A stretch of 64,000 bases of DNA from Felis catus (lineage: Eukaryota). Under the pieces are notes generated by a model. It did no database searches. It was given only the letters and a program-made list of their open reading frames with translations, and was not told the origin of the DNA. This document shows positions 27,764 through 42,070 of this stretch, piece by piece. The DNA lies in the NCBI RefSeq assembly GCF_018350175.1, contig NC_058368.1, forward strand, positions 145,392,001 through 145,456,000. Direction: 5' to 3'. A program made the translations under genes and the position numbers. Positions within the stretch are counted from its first letter, which is position 1; every line of letters starts with the position of its first letter.

Positions 27764-30700
27764 CCTCCTTCCTTTTTAATGTGGAAGTATGAGTACATTC
27801 CGATAGTTAAAAAAATTTGCATGCTAGGTCCACACATTTTCAGATTTATCTTCTCCCTAATTCTAATCTTACTTCACAATCTATTGGTTTAGACATTTTA
27901 TATCCTTTGCAACTTGGATTATCTTTTAAAGATTTGAAGTTTAGTAAATGAACAGTGTCTTCAGGAGAAAGGAGAGCAACAATTATGAAGTTTGGTGTTA
28001 AAAGGTAAATATTTTGTAGATTTTGAGCACAGTGATGAATAATGAGAGAGCACAATGAGAGAAACGGAGGTTAGTAATGACAATATTTAGTGACCCTTTG
28101 GATGTCACATTTATTTTACTCTGCATTATTTTATAATAAGAGTATTGTTTATTTTTTTTTTTTTGTAGCTGTTAGAGAGACTGCACTGAGCTGAGATTAA
28201 AAAAAAATTTTTTTTAGAACTCAACTGCTTCTATTAAGATGAAGCCCAGCTAGTAAACTCATTAAGTAAGGACCCTAGGCACTCCTCTGGTGCGGAGACT
28301 GAAAGCACAGTATTGCAGACATCTTTGCATCACGGTCATGAATGACCTTGAAGGAAGCCAGCACTTCATAAAGCAAAATCCTCTCTGTGGCACTTCGTTC
28401 TGATTTGATTGATGCTTTAGAAAAAGCTGTAAGATTTTCTTTTCTTTATAGTGTGGGGGCTATACTCCTTACACTTCATAGATTTTTGCACTTGTCTGGA
28501 GTATTTTGTTGGCAGGTTCTTATAGGTTCTGATCTTTCACTGACTACAGTGCAAGTAAGCAGTGAAATCACTCTCCTTTGATCAATTATTATTAGGGAGT
28601 GAGGTCTTGGTGCATTGGGATCATAGTTTTTACGAATGGAAGAATACTGACTTTCTTAACTTGAGTGTAATACAATAATTTTTCTTCCATCATAATCTTT
28701 CCATGCATCTCAGTTGGCTGAAGGGTCTTTAATACTGAGGTTTTATGATTTATATTATTCAAAGGATATATATTTCTGTCTAGCCACTATCCACTGTACT
28801 TTCTTAGATTGATAGCTTCCCTCCTTTTAGTTTTTACCTTAATGTCCAGTGTAGGTTTTTAGTATATGTTTTTATATCCAAAGAAGAGAACACTAGAAAT
28901 CTTAGATGATAAAATGATTATTTTACCTTTTCAGAGTTACTTGGTCATCTCCTACATAAGCAGTTATAAGTAAGGATCATGCAAAGGTGTAATCATTCAT
29001 TTGTCTGCTGTGACCACTGTTGTAGGAACGCCAGGAGAAAATTCTTTAACATTTGGCTGTGGAAAGTGTGTAAAGGCTGTATTGGGATCCTTGGGGCTAG
29101 GTGTTTAGGAATTAACATATACATTACGGATAGGTAGAGGTGTAACTCATATCAAGTACAATCTGGTGTATTGAAGAGATCATTTGGAACCTTCTCCTCT
29201 CTACCAGGGAGCCTGGTTCAGCCCAGGACTCCAAACCTCAGTGCCTCACTTTCCCACTTTGGGATCTGAATTTGCTATTCCTGACCTATTTCTCCTAACC
29301 TGACACTGAATTTTGCATCTTGATTGGCCCACCATTCTGCTTTTCCTTATACTTGGTCCTGTATGAATCTCCATTTATTTTTGACCTTGCCCTTGTAGTT
29401 TGATTCAAATTCCTGGTGTTTCTTCCTTTGTTTTGCAGTTTGATACGATGCTGTATGGTTCTATCTGAACTAAGCCAATCAGTCAGGTTTTTTGATGGAC
29501 TTCCAGTCCTAATCATTAAACTTCTGTCTTATGAAGATAAAAAAGGGTGAAACAGACTTTCCCGCCCCCCCAGGCCCCTTGGCCGTAGCAATCCATATCT
29601 CCAGGAATTCTGTAAAGCGACTGTGTGAGAAATTTTAAAGACGGTAGTAAAAATATGAGAGGTGTAATTTAGGAATACCTAAATACTTATCTCTTAGATC
29701 TTCCCAATTTGTTGAACCCAGAAATAGCTCAGTAAATAGGTACTTAGCCAGCCTGTTTTTTTTTTTTTTATTTTCCTTCAATTACTTGATTAACATCATG
29801 TCTCATGGGCAGCTTCATTTTGAAGACCCTCTTGAGAATCTTTGCGCATGTTTAATTTATTCTCAGTCCCTTATATAATATATTTTCCGGCTGATGGACA
29901 TCTAGATTTTTCTCTTTTAAAAGTACACTGTGAATGCATTGAGATAAATAAGTTCTCAGCCTTTTATACAACTGTTAGTGATTTTTCTTTCTTTTCTTAA
30001 CTAAACTACTGAAATGGTTAGAAATCTATTTACTTTCATGAACTAGAAAGCAAATCAGTAAGTATGGAAGACTGAGGTTTTAGTAAATAGAGATATATTT
30101 GTAATTTTTCCAGATAGTCACAATCAAGGTTTTCTTAGAGACTGATTTTGTAAAGTAGGTATATAAACAGTTATAGCAGACAATTCAAACTTATTAATGG
30201 TACATATAGAAAAGAGAATTGCAATAGGTACTCACTTAATTTCTAAGAAACTATTGCTCTATTAAGTTTATAAAATAACAATGGACATTTGCAAAACTTT
30301 GGTAAAAAGTTTAAGAAAGGCTTTTAGAAAAGTTTTTCTAGCTTTGTTCAAAAGCTATGTTAAAAGACTATTGTATTTATTTCTAATTATTTCATATTAG
30401 GCCCTCAAATGCATTTAAAATGTCAAAATATTTTATTTTTACTTGTGAATTGATTGTTGGTTAATTACAATATGCATTTTGGAGTAATAATGAATTAGAA
30501 TGGGTACTATTGAATTAGAATAAAAACTTAAGAATTTTAAACAGATGTGACTATGGATGTCACATAAAAAGTCTTTAAAAAAAATTAACAGGGTCAGTGG
30601 TGGATTCATTACAAGGCGTTTGAAGGAATTTTTCACCAAAGGATCCTTTCCCATTACTCATCAATTCAGTTCTCAACTTTTATTGGATAACTACTTTGTA

Positions 30701-31072
30701 CTACTTAGTATAAAGAAAAATCAAGACGTTATTCCTACTTTCAAAAATTATTTAAAAGTTACATATTTTAATAAACATTTGAGTGGATTCTACAAAGAGA
30801 AAATATTTTTTGTTACTATGTTACTGTTATTAATAAGCCAATTATAATTCATAATATTAAATAATGGAATAAAACTAAAAGTGGCAATAGAATTAACAAA
30901 TAAAACCGTGAAAAACAACAATAGACAAAATAGTAATAGCTTTAGGGATATAACTGAAATACAAAATATATGTATATTATAATACTGTTTTGCATGTGCC
31001 TGAGTGATTATGTTTTAAGGTTGTATTTTGATTATATGTTCTGCCTAAAAGTACCTGCAAAATATAGTGACT

Positions 31073-31300
31073 TTATTTACTTATTTTATTTAATTATTTA
31101 AAGTTTCTTTATTTTGAAAGAGAGAGCGCACACACATGAGTGTGAGCAGGGGAAGGACAGAGAGAAAGGGAGTGAGAGAATCCCAAGCAGGCCCCATGCT
31201 GTCAGTGAGAAGCCCGATGCGGGGCTCGAACTCACGGACCGCGAGATCATGACCTGGGCCGAAGTTGGCCACTTAACCGACTGAGCCACCCAGGCGCCCC
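31073..31300 (-). mobile_element. SINEC
   Basis: Antisense SINEC ending gagccacccaggcgcccc. Confidence 0.93.
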
Positions 31301-32898
31301 CAACCTTAACCTTATATATCATGCAACATCACTTTTTTCACATTGTCTTAGTCAGAAATGAGTCTCAGATCTCCCAGTTTCAAAGGCAGGAAACCATACA
31401 GGAGCCTGTATGTACTCAGAAGACATGGCTTATTGTGAGGTGGAGGAGGAGAAAGAGGAAGGAGGAGCTACTACAATGTGTAGTATTCATTCATAAGTGC
31501 ATTATAATCATCATATGTTTGATAAAATTTATATCAGCATACTTCCAAAATTAAAATTCATGCTAATTTTATAAAGAACAATATTTTACGGCTGAATTAT
31601 ATATTCATCTGTAGGTTAGTAAGGGTTTTAATTGCATTGAGAAGAATAAATCTTACAAAAATATTTGCCTAATGTTTTCATTTTAATATATATTGAATAT
31701 ATTCTGGGTGCAGAGTATTACCCAATTCATTAGGGGAAAAATACAGGGAATTATAAGATCCTACTTTACAAGACCCAGAACTCAAACAAATATTAGCTTT
31801 TGAGGCAAGGGCAACACATCAAGAGTAAAATAGTAACCCATAGCAGTGACATAAGTTTTCAAGGAAGAGAGAGATAAATATGGTCTGAAATTATTTACAA
31901 AGGCTTCATAACAGAATTGAAACTAAGCTAAAGACTGAAGACTGGGTGAAATTTTGGGTAAATGAAAAAGTCCAAGGATGATGTAAACTCAAGTATGTAG
32001 AATCACTCAATATCTTGAAAAGTGCTATGTAATAATAGCAATTGTTATTAATGGGACTTGAGGAGATCCATTCCCAAATGAATGGAAGACATCCATGTAA
32101 GGTATGGCTAGATTGCAGAGAGCTTTTATATTGATATCTGTTGTTTTCCCCTGTTCACCACTCATTTTTCACTTCTCTGATTAGGTACTTTTATTTTCTC
32201 CCAACTGATTCATTTGGCGAATATTTACTGAGCTCATACTGTATTTCAGACACTGTTCTATATGCTAGAGATATAGTGGTGAATCTCACTGTCAAAACCT
32301 AGCCCTTAGGTATCTTCCCCTACGTTCCCCAACTGGGAATTGTTTTGTTAAGACAGTTAATCAAAGTGTCCTGTCCTCCCCCGGCCTAGGGTGAGCATAT
32401 GACTAACCTAATAGAGGCCCAAGGATGGAAAATGGATGGAGTAGACTCATTCTGAATGTGATGCCCTGAGGAGTCTATTAGATCTTTTTATCTACATCCC
32501 CAGAGCTAACATGGTTCCTGTCTTTCCCCAGGCAGAGATAAATTTTTCCTTAAATTCTAGGAACTAGCACCTATCCTTTCAATAAATTGCTTTTTGTTTA
32601 GTTTAGCTCCAGAATCAGTTTCTATTGCTTGCAGCCAGTGAACCTTAAGACAGTATTGTATACCTATGTCGGTTCCTAAAGGATTTGAACTATATTGTGT
32701 AATCAGTAAGGCACTCTTGGCAATTTTTGAACAGAGAGCTTTATTTTTAAGAATATTTGGAGATGTCTTATTAGATTAGAACAAGGAGAGATTGAATTAG
32801 ATTCACCATTAGAAGGCTTTTAAAATGTCCAAGCACAGGGGTGAATAAAGGTGCAAATTAGACTGATTGCAGGAGTAGAAAGAAGTGATGGAGAAGAG

Positions 32899-33007
32899 CA
32901 GGGTTGGTACTAGGGTGAGGCAAGAGAGGCATACTCACCTAGGATGAGTACCTCCTTAAATTTTGTGCTCTAGGCACCTCTCTTATCTCATCCTAGATTT
33001 CACTCTG
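32899..33007. mobile_element. MER96-like hAT MITE (palindromic)
   Basis: Inverted arms ctagggtgaggcaagagagg / cctctcttatctcatcctag; flanking 8-mers gagaagag / gagatgat. Confidence 0.75.
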
Positions 33008-33931
33008 GAGATGATATTTAAAGGGAAAATTGAAGGGCTTAGTGACTGATTGGATACAGGAAATAATCATAATCATAATCATAATTACACCTGTCACTGT
33101 GCAGATATTGTTCTAAGCTCTTTACCTTTAACTGAAAAATACTGTGTAGGGTAAATTTTACTGTCTTCATTTTACTGTTGAGTAATGTGTCTAGGTTACC
33201 TAGGTCATAAGGGAAAGAGCTGAAGTGTAAGAAAAAGGGATTTAAATATGAGAATTCTACCAAACATATGAAGAAGAATTAGTGCCAGTTGTATACAAGC
33301 CTTTTAGAAAATATAAGAAGAGGGACACTTCTCAGTTCATTTTATGAAGTTAATATTATTATACTGATACTAAAATCAAAGATAGTACACAAAATAAAAC
33401 TATAAATCTATATCCCTTCTGAATACAGATGGAAAAATTTTTAACCAATATTAACATTCAGCAATATAAAAATTATACAGCATGACCACATGTGGTTCAT
33501 CTTAGAGATGCAAGACTAGTTTATATATTTGAAAAATAAATTAATACAACCCACTATGTTAACTGATTAAAGAAGAAAAATGATATCAAATTAATCAACA
33601 CTGAAAAAGCACTTGACAAAACTCAGCACCTGTTCTTGATACGAAATGAAAAATAGAAACAGAAGGAAACTTTCTTTATTTGATAAAATGTATAGTTTTT
33701 ATTCTATTTAATGGTGAAAGGCTGAATGCTGTTGTCTTCAGTCTGGGAACAAGTCAAGATTATCTCTTCTCACCATTCTTATTCAAATAGTGATAGAAGT
33801 CCAGTCTGTGCAATAAGGCAAGAAGAGGAAATAAAAGATACAGATTGGAAAGGAAGAAACAAAACTGTCTCAATTTGCAGATGACATGACATGATTTTTT
33901 ATGTAGCAAATTCTAAGAAATCTATTAAAAA

Positions 33932-34128
33932 TGTTTTAATGTTTATATTTGAGATGGGGTGGTGAGGAGGGACAAAGAGAGAGAGAGAGGGAAACCCAGA
34001 ATCCAAAGCAGGCTCTAGGCTCTGAGCTTTCAGTGCAGAGCCTGACATGGGGCTCAAACTCACGAGCCATGAGATCATGACCTGAGCCGAAGCTGGATGC
34101 TCAATTGACTGAGCCATCCAGGTGCCCC
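33932..34128 (-). mobile_element. SINEC inserted in L1
   Basis: Flanked by taagaaatctatt / taagaagtttatt. Confidence 0.92.
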
Positions 34129-35056
34129 CTAAGAAGTTTATTTTTAAAAATGCAGCAAACCTAGAATTAATAAGTTAGTTTATCAAGCTCACTGGATACA
34201 AGAAAACATACAGAAGTCAATTGTATTTCTGTATACTAGCAATGAACGTGTGGAAATGACTTTAAAAATATCCCTTATAATTGCTCTAAAGAATTGGAAA
34301 ATACTTAGGTATAAATCTAATAAAATGTTAATAGGACTTATATGCTGAGAACCATAAAATTCTGATAAAAGAAATAACAGAAATTACATAAAATGGAGAG
34401 ATAGAAAGTATTCATAAATTGGAAGATTGGAGAGAGAGATGATAACAATTCTCCGTAACTAGACATATAGATTGACACAATTCCTATCAAAATTCCAGTA
34501 AGATTTATTGTAGATATAGACAATATTGTCCTATAGTTTTTTTTGAAAAATCAAATGAACTAGAATGGGAAGAATCAGCCTACCCGATTTTAAGACTTAA
34601 TGTAGCCACAATAGTAAAGATTTTGTGGTATTAGTGGAGGGATAGACACATTGTTCTCAGTGAAATAGAATAGAGACTCCAGAAATAGACCCATATAAAT
34701 ATGTTCACCTGATTTTTGGCAAAAATACAAAAACAATTCAGTTGAAGACAGATAGCTATTGCAACAAATGTAGCTGGAGCAATTGGACTCCCAGAGGTAA
34801 GAAACCAACCCTGACCTACATCTTACACTTCATACAGAAATTAACTCAAAATAAATCATGGACTTAAAACTACAATATAAAACTGTAAAGCTTTTAGGAA
34901 GAAAATAGAGATTTTTGGGGGGATCTAGGACCAGGCAAAAAATTCTTTGACTTGAGACCAAAAGCATTCTCCATAAAAAGAAAAATTGGTAACTTGGACT
35001 TTCTCAAACTTAAAAGCTCTTGCTGTGCAGATGACCCAGTTAAGAGAATAAAAAGA

Positions 35057-35280
35057 GGGGCGCCTGGGTGGCTCAGTCGGTTAAGCATCTGAGTTCGGCT
35101 CAGGCCATAATCTCACGGTTCATGGATTCGAGCCCCGCATTGGGCTCTGTGCGACAGCTCAGAGCCTGGACTTGCTTCGGATTCTGCCTGTCTCTTGCTC
35201 TCTCTCTCTGTGCCCCTCCTGTGCTTGCACTCTGTCTCTGTCTCTCAAAAATGAATAATGTTAAAAAAAAATTTTTTTTA
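35057..35280 (+). mobile_element. SINEC inserted in L1
   Basis: Flanked by aagagaataaaaaga / aagaggatgaaaaga. Confidence 0.93.
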
Positions 35281-36614
35281 AAGAGGATGAAAAGAAAAGT
35301 CCCAGAGTTTGGGAAATTATTTACACACCACATATCCAGCAAAGGACCTTTATTGAGAATATATAAAGAGTTTTCAAAACTTTAAACAGTCCAATAGAAA
35401 ATAGGCAAAAGACATGAAGGGACATTGGAAAGGATGTAACGATGCAAATTAAAACCATGATGAGATATCAGTACACACCTATCAAAATGGCTAAAACAAA
35501 ATTTTAAATAGACAGAAAAACAGTTTCAATGTCAAAGCTGGCAAGAATACAGAGAAAGAGAATCACTGATACAACTGCTGGTTGAAAAGTAAAATGATAT
35601 GTGGTTTCTTAAAAAACTAAGCATTCAACTGTCATTTAATGCAGCAGTTACCTCCTAGGCATTTATCCTAGAGAAATGAAAACATATGTTCATCCAAAAA
35701 CCTGCACACACATTTTTATAGCAGTTTTATTGGTAATAATGGAAAACTGGAAACAACCCTTTGATGGATATATAGTTAGAAAACAACAACAACAACCGTG
35801 GCACAGCCATACTATGGAACAGTATACAGCAATAATAAGGAACAAAGTACTGATATGCACAACATAGATGAATCACCAGAGAAATATGCTGAGTAGATAA
35901 AACCAGTCCCCCAAGGTTATGTAATGTATGATTCCATTTATATACCATTCTTAAAATGATAAAATTATAGATTGGAATACAGATTGCCAGTTAAGGCAAG
36001 AGAGAAGGCAAGGAGAGAAGTGTGGCTATGGAAGTACAACACAAGGGATCTTTGTGATGATGGAAATGCTCTGTATCCTCCCTGTATCAGTGTTCATATC
36101 CTTGTTTTAATTTTGCATTATTTTTGCAAGATATAACAGTTGATGGCAATTGAGTAAAGGATAGACTTTTTGTATTATTTTTTTATAATCCATGTATATC
36201 TGATGTGTTTTTATAATCATTTTAAGATTAAAAGTTTAGTTAAAAAATGATTTTAGATTTCAAAGTTAATAAAAAGGAGAATGAAGGTGCTTTTAATATA
36301 ACTGGGAAAATCCCATCCCTTTAATGTGGGTGGTTTCCAGAACTTATTTGAAAAATCCAGTGAAAATAAATTAACACAAATATGCTGATGTTTAATAGGC
36401 ACTTAACATCTTAGAATTTTTTTATATTGTAGTAAGAGAAAACTTGTTGACTGAAACGGATCTCTAATTGATGTGATTTCAGGCAACATGACCAGATCAA
36501 GTGGAGCAATCTTAGTAATGTAGGATATTTTTTGGGGAGGGAGTAATATATAGGCAGTTGTTCTTTCTAGGGACCTCATTTAGAAATCAGCTTTTCTGCT
36601 GTGACTGCCTTTTT

Positions 36615-37230
36615 TTAAATTAACTTGTTTTATTTTTTATTTTTTTAAATTTACATCCAAATTAGTTAACATATCGTGCAACAATGATTTCAGGAGTAGA
36701 CTCCTTAGTGCCCCTTACCCATTTAGCCCATCCCCCCTCCCACAACCCCTCCTGTAACCCTCAGTTTGTTCTCCATATTTATGAGTCTCTTCTGTTTTGT
36801 CCCCCTCCCTGTTTTTATATTATTTTTGTTTCCCTTCCCTTATGTTCATCTGTTTTGTCTCTTAAAGTCCTCAAATGAGTAGAGTCATATGATTTTTGTC
36901 TTTCTCTGACTGACTAATTTCACTTAGCATAATACCCTCCAGTTCCGTCCACGTAGTTGCAAATGCCAAGATTTCATTCTTTTTGATTGCTGAGTAATAC
37001 TCCATTGTATATAGATACCACATCTTCTATATCCATTCATCCATTGATGGACATTTGGGCTCTTTCCATACTTTGGCTATTGCTGATAGTGCTGGTATAA
37101 ACATGGGGTGCATGTGTCCCTTTGAAACAGCACACCTGTATCCCTTGGATAAATGCCTAGTAGTGCAATTGCTGGGTCATAGGGTAGTTCTATTTTTAGT
37201 TTTTTGAGGAACCTCCATACTGTTTTCGCA
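36615..37230 (-). mobile_element. Short 5'-truncated carnivore L1 3' end
   Basis: Antisense L1 3'UTR (T-rich tail, ttccatacttggctattg-type, gtagttctatttttagttttttgaggaacctccatac). TSD gactgccttttt at 36603-36614 and 37231-37242. Confidence 0.92.
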
Positions 37231-37249
37231 GACTGCCTTTTTAAGGCTT

Positions 37250-37294
37250 AAAGAAAAAAAGCTTATTTATCCATTTTGAGAGAGAGAGAGAGAC

Positions 37295-37339
<45 letters not shown>

Positions 37340-37511
37340 GAGAGAGAACAAGCAGTGGAGAGGCAGAGAGAGAGGGAGAGAGAATTCCAAGCAGGCTCCC
37401 TGCTCTCAGTGCTGAGCCCAGCATGGGGCTCGATTCTTTGAACCATGAGATTATGACCTGAGCTGAAACCAAGGGTCAGACACTGAACCAACTGAGCCAC
37501 CCAGGTGCCCC
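37250..37511 (-). mobile_element. SINEC with expanded (GA)n
   Basis: TSD tgcctttttaag(g)ctt at 37234-37249 and 37513-37527. Confidence 0.92.
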
Positions 37512-38539
37512 ATGCCTTTTTAAGCTTTTTTTCTCCCTTCCTTCAATTCTCTGCCTTCCATGACATTCAAGGAAGAATTTGACAGTGGAGTAGCACTAGA
37601 AGGATGCAACTCAGGAGTGATCATTTGAATGTATACTTTTTCACTTGAAGTTAGGAATTGGATTTCTCCTTTAATATTATTAGCATGCTTTATTGGTAGG
37701 GAGATAGGATTCAATCTTGCTATTACAATAATTTCCATAAAATGTCTTCTTACAGATTTCACACCTTAGTGTGAACTAAGAAATTCCCAGGATACCTGCA
37801 TGTTGACAAACTTCTACCTAAAATTTAACAAGATCTATTTTTCCCATATTTTTGTAATGTGGACAAAATTGACTTGAATTATATCTCTTATTTATAGATT
37901 GCAGTGAAGGCTTTTCAAGAAGTGTTTTCAGTTGTATTAATACTGACTTAAGGTCATTTGGTTAATACATAGTCAGGGAGCTGTAGAAACCACATTATAA
38001 GGCCAGGGTTAATTAGTACCAGTGAAATCATATTATAGAGAATGTAATACTAAAAAGCTTTCTGAATAATAAGACTATTTCCATAACAAAATGTTTGAAA
38101 CACATGTGTCTGATTTTCTTCTTGGAATGTAAAAATAATTGTATTTATAATAGATGCATCTACATACTTAAAATGGAAATATGGAATTTTTATAGAAATG
38201 CTACAAATTTGGTTAAATAGCTTTTATATTTGAATATCAGTTTGAACATTTTTATTTTGGGTTGTCCCATTAAGTTATCTTCTAAATTTAGTATATGGTA
38301 AAAGTAATTATCAAACCAATGGAGGGAAAGAATGGTTATGTATTAAATGTTATTAGAATAGCCAGGTAACTATTTGGAAAAACAAGATTGTGTACCATCT
38401 TCATATCATATGCCAAAACATCATATGCTAAATGCACAAATTCAAATATAAAAGTGCTAAAGGGAAACTATAGGTTTACATTTTTATAATATGAAGTGGC
38501 AGGGGCTTTCTAAACATGACACTGATAACAAAAAAAAAT

Positions 38540-39010
38540 ATGTTACTGATCTCTATTGGTATGTAACAAACCATGCTGAAACTTAGTGACTGAAAACAAT
38601 GGTGTGATTGTATCTCTCTTAAGATCTGTAGATTGGTTAGGTTGTTACTCCAGGGTCTCACCTGGACTCATTTATGAGGCTGCTTTTGTCTGGTGGATTG
38701 GCTGGAGCTGAAGGGTCTAAGAGGCTGCAATATCTCCCTCTTTGTTGTGTCTTATTCAGTTGTCTGGCCCAAGCTTCTCTACATGGTGGCTGGGTCCTGA
38801 GGAAGTAAATCAGAAGGTATGGGGCAGAACCCATCCTAGGTGGCCTAGGAGGCCTAAGCTCCAGAAGTCACACTTCTGCCACATTGTATTGGTCACAAGT
38901 TGCAAGGTCAACCCGATATAAGGGGGTAAGTAAATAGATTCCATTTCCTGAGTAGCAGTATCTCATTACAACGTAACATGGCCATAATGAGGCATAATTT
39001 TTTGGCATCC
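38540..39010 (-). mobile_element. Old MaLR LTR (MLT1G/H-like)
   Basis: gtaacaaacca..aaacttagtgactgaaaacaa; cacttctgccacattgtattggtca. Confidence 0.7.
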
Positions 39011-40111
39011 ATTACTATAATGATCTCCCCCAGTATCTCTCTTGCTATCTAGACACTGCCTGAAAACAGGAACCAAGTAGATTTGGGTAAAATTTTAGAT
39101 ATATCCCTTACCCTCTGAACATTTACTGCTTACTTTCTACAATTTAAGATCTAAATAGGTTTGGATTATGTGGTAGCCTTATTCTTTGAACTTGCCAACT
39201 ATATCTGTACTACCCTTATTCATAATTGAAATCACTTTTTCAGTGACTTTAGCAGTTTGATTATGATGTGCCTTGGTATAGTTTTCTTCATGTTTCTTGT
39301 GATTGGGATTCATTGGGCTTCTTATACATGTGGGTTTATAGCTTTATAAGTATTTACTTATCTCCCCCGACCCCATTCTTTTCCTTTGGGGACTTCATTT
39401 ACACACATATTGGATTACTTGAAATTGCCCCAGCTCATTGGTGCGCTGTTCATTTCTTTATTTGGTCTTTTTTTTTCTGTTTTATTTTGGGTAGTTTCAT
39501 TGCTTTGTCTTCGTGTTTACCGATCTTTTCTTCTGCGCTGATCTTTCTCAGATGTGTTTTTCATCTCTATAAATTTGGTTTGGGTCTTCCTGCTCCCTTC
39601 CCTCATCCCCAGTTTTATTGAGATATAATTGACATATATCAGTGTATGAGTTTAAAGTGTATAGCATGATGGTTTGGCTTACATATATTGCGAAATGATT
39701 ACCATGATAGGTTCAGCTAACATCTATCTTCTCATATAGATAAAATAAAAAGAAAAGAAAGAAAAAAACAAAAAAGAAATTGTTCTTCTGATGTGAACTC
39801 TTAGAATTTACTTTCTTAACAGCTTTCTTGTATATCATATAGCAGTGTTAGTTCTGGTAAGCATGTTGTACATTACCCCCACAGTACTTATTTACCTTAT
39901 AACTAGAGTTTTACCTCTTGGCCACCTTCCTCTAATTCCTCCTTCTCCCACCCTCCACCTCTGGTAATCACAAGTCTGATCTTTTTCTATGAGTATTAAA
40001 AAATGACACATTTAAGTGAGATCATATAGTATTTGTCTTGGGCTTATTTCACTTAACATAATGCCATCAAAGTCTGTTTGTGTTGTTGTAAGTGGTAGGA
40101 TTTCCTCATTT

Positions 40112-40318
40112 TGTTTTAACATTTATTTATTTTTAAGAGAGAGAGACAGAGTGTGAGCAGGGCAGGGGCAGAGAGAGAGGGAGACACAGAATCCGAAGCA
40201 GGCTCCAGGCTCTGAGTTGTCAGCACAGAGCCCGATGCAGGGCTCGAACCCACACTTTGTGAGATCATAGGCTGAGCCGAAGTTGGACGCTTAACTGACT
40301 GAGCCACCCAAGCACCCC
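40112..40318 (-). mobile_element. SINEC in L1MA
   Basis: Antisense SINEC consensus. Confidence 0.93.
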
Positions 40319-40657
40319 AGGATTTAATTTTTAATGGCTAAATAATATTCCATTATGTATACTACAACTTTTATTCATTGATCCACTGATGGACACTTAA
40401 GTTGTTTCCATGTCTTGGCTATTGTAAATAATGCTGTTGTGAATATGTGGGTGCAGAAACTTTTTGTTTCAATGTTTTTGTTTCCTTTAGACATATTCCC
40501 AGAATTGGAATTGCTGGGTCATATGATAGTTATATTTTTAATTTTTTGAGTATCCTCTATGTTTTTTTCCACAGTACCAATTTACAGCCCCACCAACAGT
40601 GCACAAGAGTTCTCTTTCCTTACATCAATACCAGCATTTGTTATCATTTGTATTTTT

Positions 40658-40879
40658 TTTTAATAATTTTTTTTCAACGTTTTTTAATTTATTTTTGGGA
40701 CAGAGAGAGACAGCATGAACGGGGGTGGGGCAGAGAGAGAGGGAGACACAGAATCGGAAACAGGCTCCAGGCTCTGAGCCATCAGCCCAGAGCCTGACGC
40801 GGGGCTCGAACTCACGGACCGCGAGATTGTGACCTGGCTGAAGTCGGACGCCCAACCGACTGCGCCACCCAGGCGCCCC
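40658..40879 (-). mobile_element. Young feline SINEC in L1MA
   Basis: TSD tcatttgtattttt at 40644-40657 and 40880-40893; CpGs intact. Confidence 0.96.
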
Positions 40880-41422
40880 TCATTTGTATTTTTGATGATG
40901 GCTATTCTAACAGATGTGAGGTGATATGTCATTATGGTTTTAATTTGCATTGCCCTAATGAATATATTCTGAACATCTTCTCTTGTATCATCTCACGTTT
41001 TGTGTATCTTCTTTGGAAAAATGTCTCTTTAGGTCTTTTGCCGATTTTTAAATTGGGTTGTTATTATTATTATTAATATTTTGCTGTTGAATTGTATCAC
41101 TTCTTTATATATTTTGGATATTAACCCCTTACTGGATATATGGTTTGCAAATACTGTTTTCCCATTCTGTAGGTTGTCTTTCCACTTTGTTGTTGGTTTC
41201 TTTTGTTGTGCAGAAGCTTTTTAGTTTCATGGAGTCCTATCTGTTGTTTCTTTTTTTTTTTTTTTTTTTAATTTTGTTGCCTGTGCTTAGATGTCATATC
41301 CAAAAAATAATTACCAAAACCCATGTCAAGGAGCTTTATTCCTATGCTTTCTTCTATGAGTTTCATGTTCCAAAGGTCTTTTTTTGAAAATCTACTAAAC
41401 ATGTTTAATGTTTCCTCTGGTT

Positions 41423-41650
41423 TAGGGGATGACAATTGATATCCATACACTAAATCTGGCCCACAAGATTTGTTTTGTAAATAAAGTTTTATTGAAGCAC
41501 AGCCATATCCATTCATTAACATATTGTTTGTGGCTGCTTTTTGCATTACAGTGGCTGAGTTGAGTAGTTGTTACAGAGACTGTATGGCCTGCAAAACCTA
41601 AATTATGTACTATCCTGCCCTTAACAAAGAAAAAAAAAATCTGACCCCTG
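41423..41650. mobile_element. MER58A-like hAT-Charlie MITE
   Basis: taggggatgacaa...ctgacccctg termini; gttttgtaaataaagttttattg..cacagcca core. Confidence 0.85.
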
Positions 41651-41863
41651 CGCTTCTTGAACATAATGGTGGAATACATATAATAACTGTTTTGCTATGT
41701 TTACTAATTCTATCAGTGATATCATTTCTGGGTTAGTTTCAATTGATTTTTTTTTTTTTTTTGCTTCATTTTGACTTGTAGTTTTCTGCTTTTTTACATG
41801 CTTTTTTTTAAAATTAGATGGCAGACTTGGTGGATTTTACTTAGTTTGTGCTGGGTATTTTTA

Positions 41864-42070
41864 TTTTTTTTCTTTTTTTTACATTTATTTATTTGATAGA
41901 GACAGAGACAACACAAGCTGAGAAGGGGCAGAGAGAGAGGGTGAGAGAATCCCAAACAGGCTCCGCACTGCCAGCACAGAGCCTGACATGGGGCTCGAAC
42001 TCACAAAACTGTGAGATTATGACTTGAACCAAAACCAAGAGTTGGAAACTTAACTGACTCTAGGCACCCC
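41864..42070 (-). mobile_element. Older SINEC
   Basis: Antisense SINEC consensus. Confidence 0.9.

Larger units (their letters stand above)
33240..36245 (+). mobile_element. Old L1 (L1MC-like) ORF2 and 3' end, interrupted by two SINEC insertions
   Basis: ORF2-like motifs (tttgcagatgacatga = FADDM; MKTYVHPKTCTHIFIAVL); A-rich + strand; L1MC-type 3' end. Confidence 0.88.
39612..41370 (-). mobile_element. L1MA-like 3' fragment containing two SINEC insertions
   Basis: Starts ttttattgagatataattgaca (antisense L1MA 3' end); antisense ORF2 3' motifs (MQIKTIMTYHLTSVRIAIIK on the minus strand). Confidence 0.85.
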
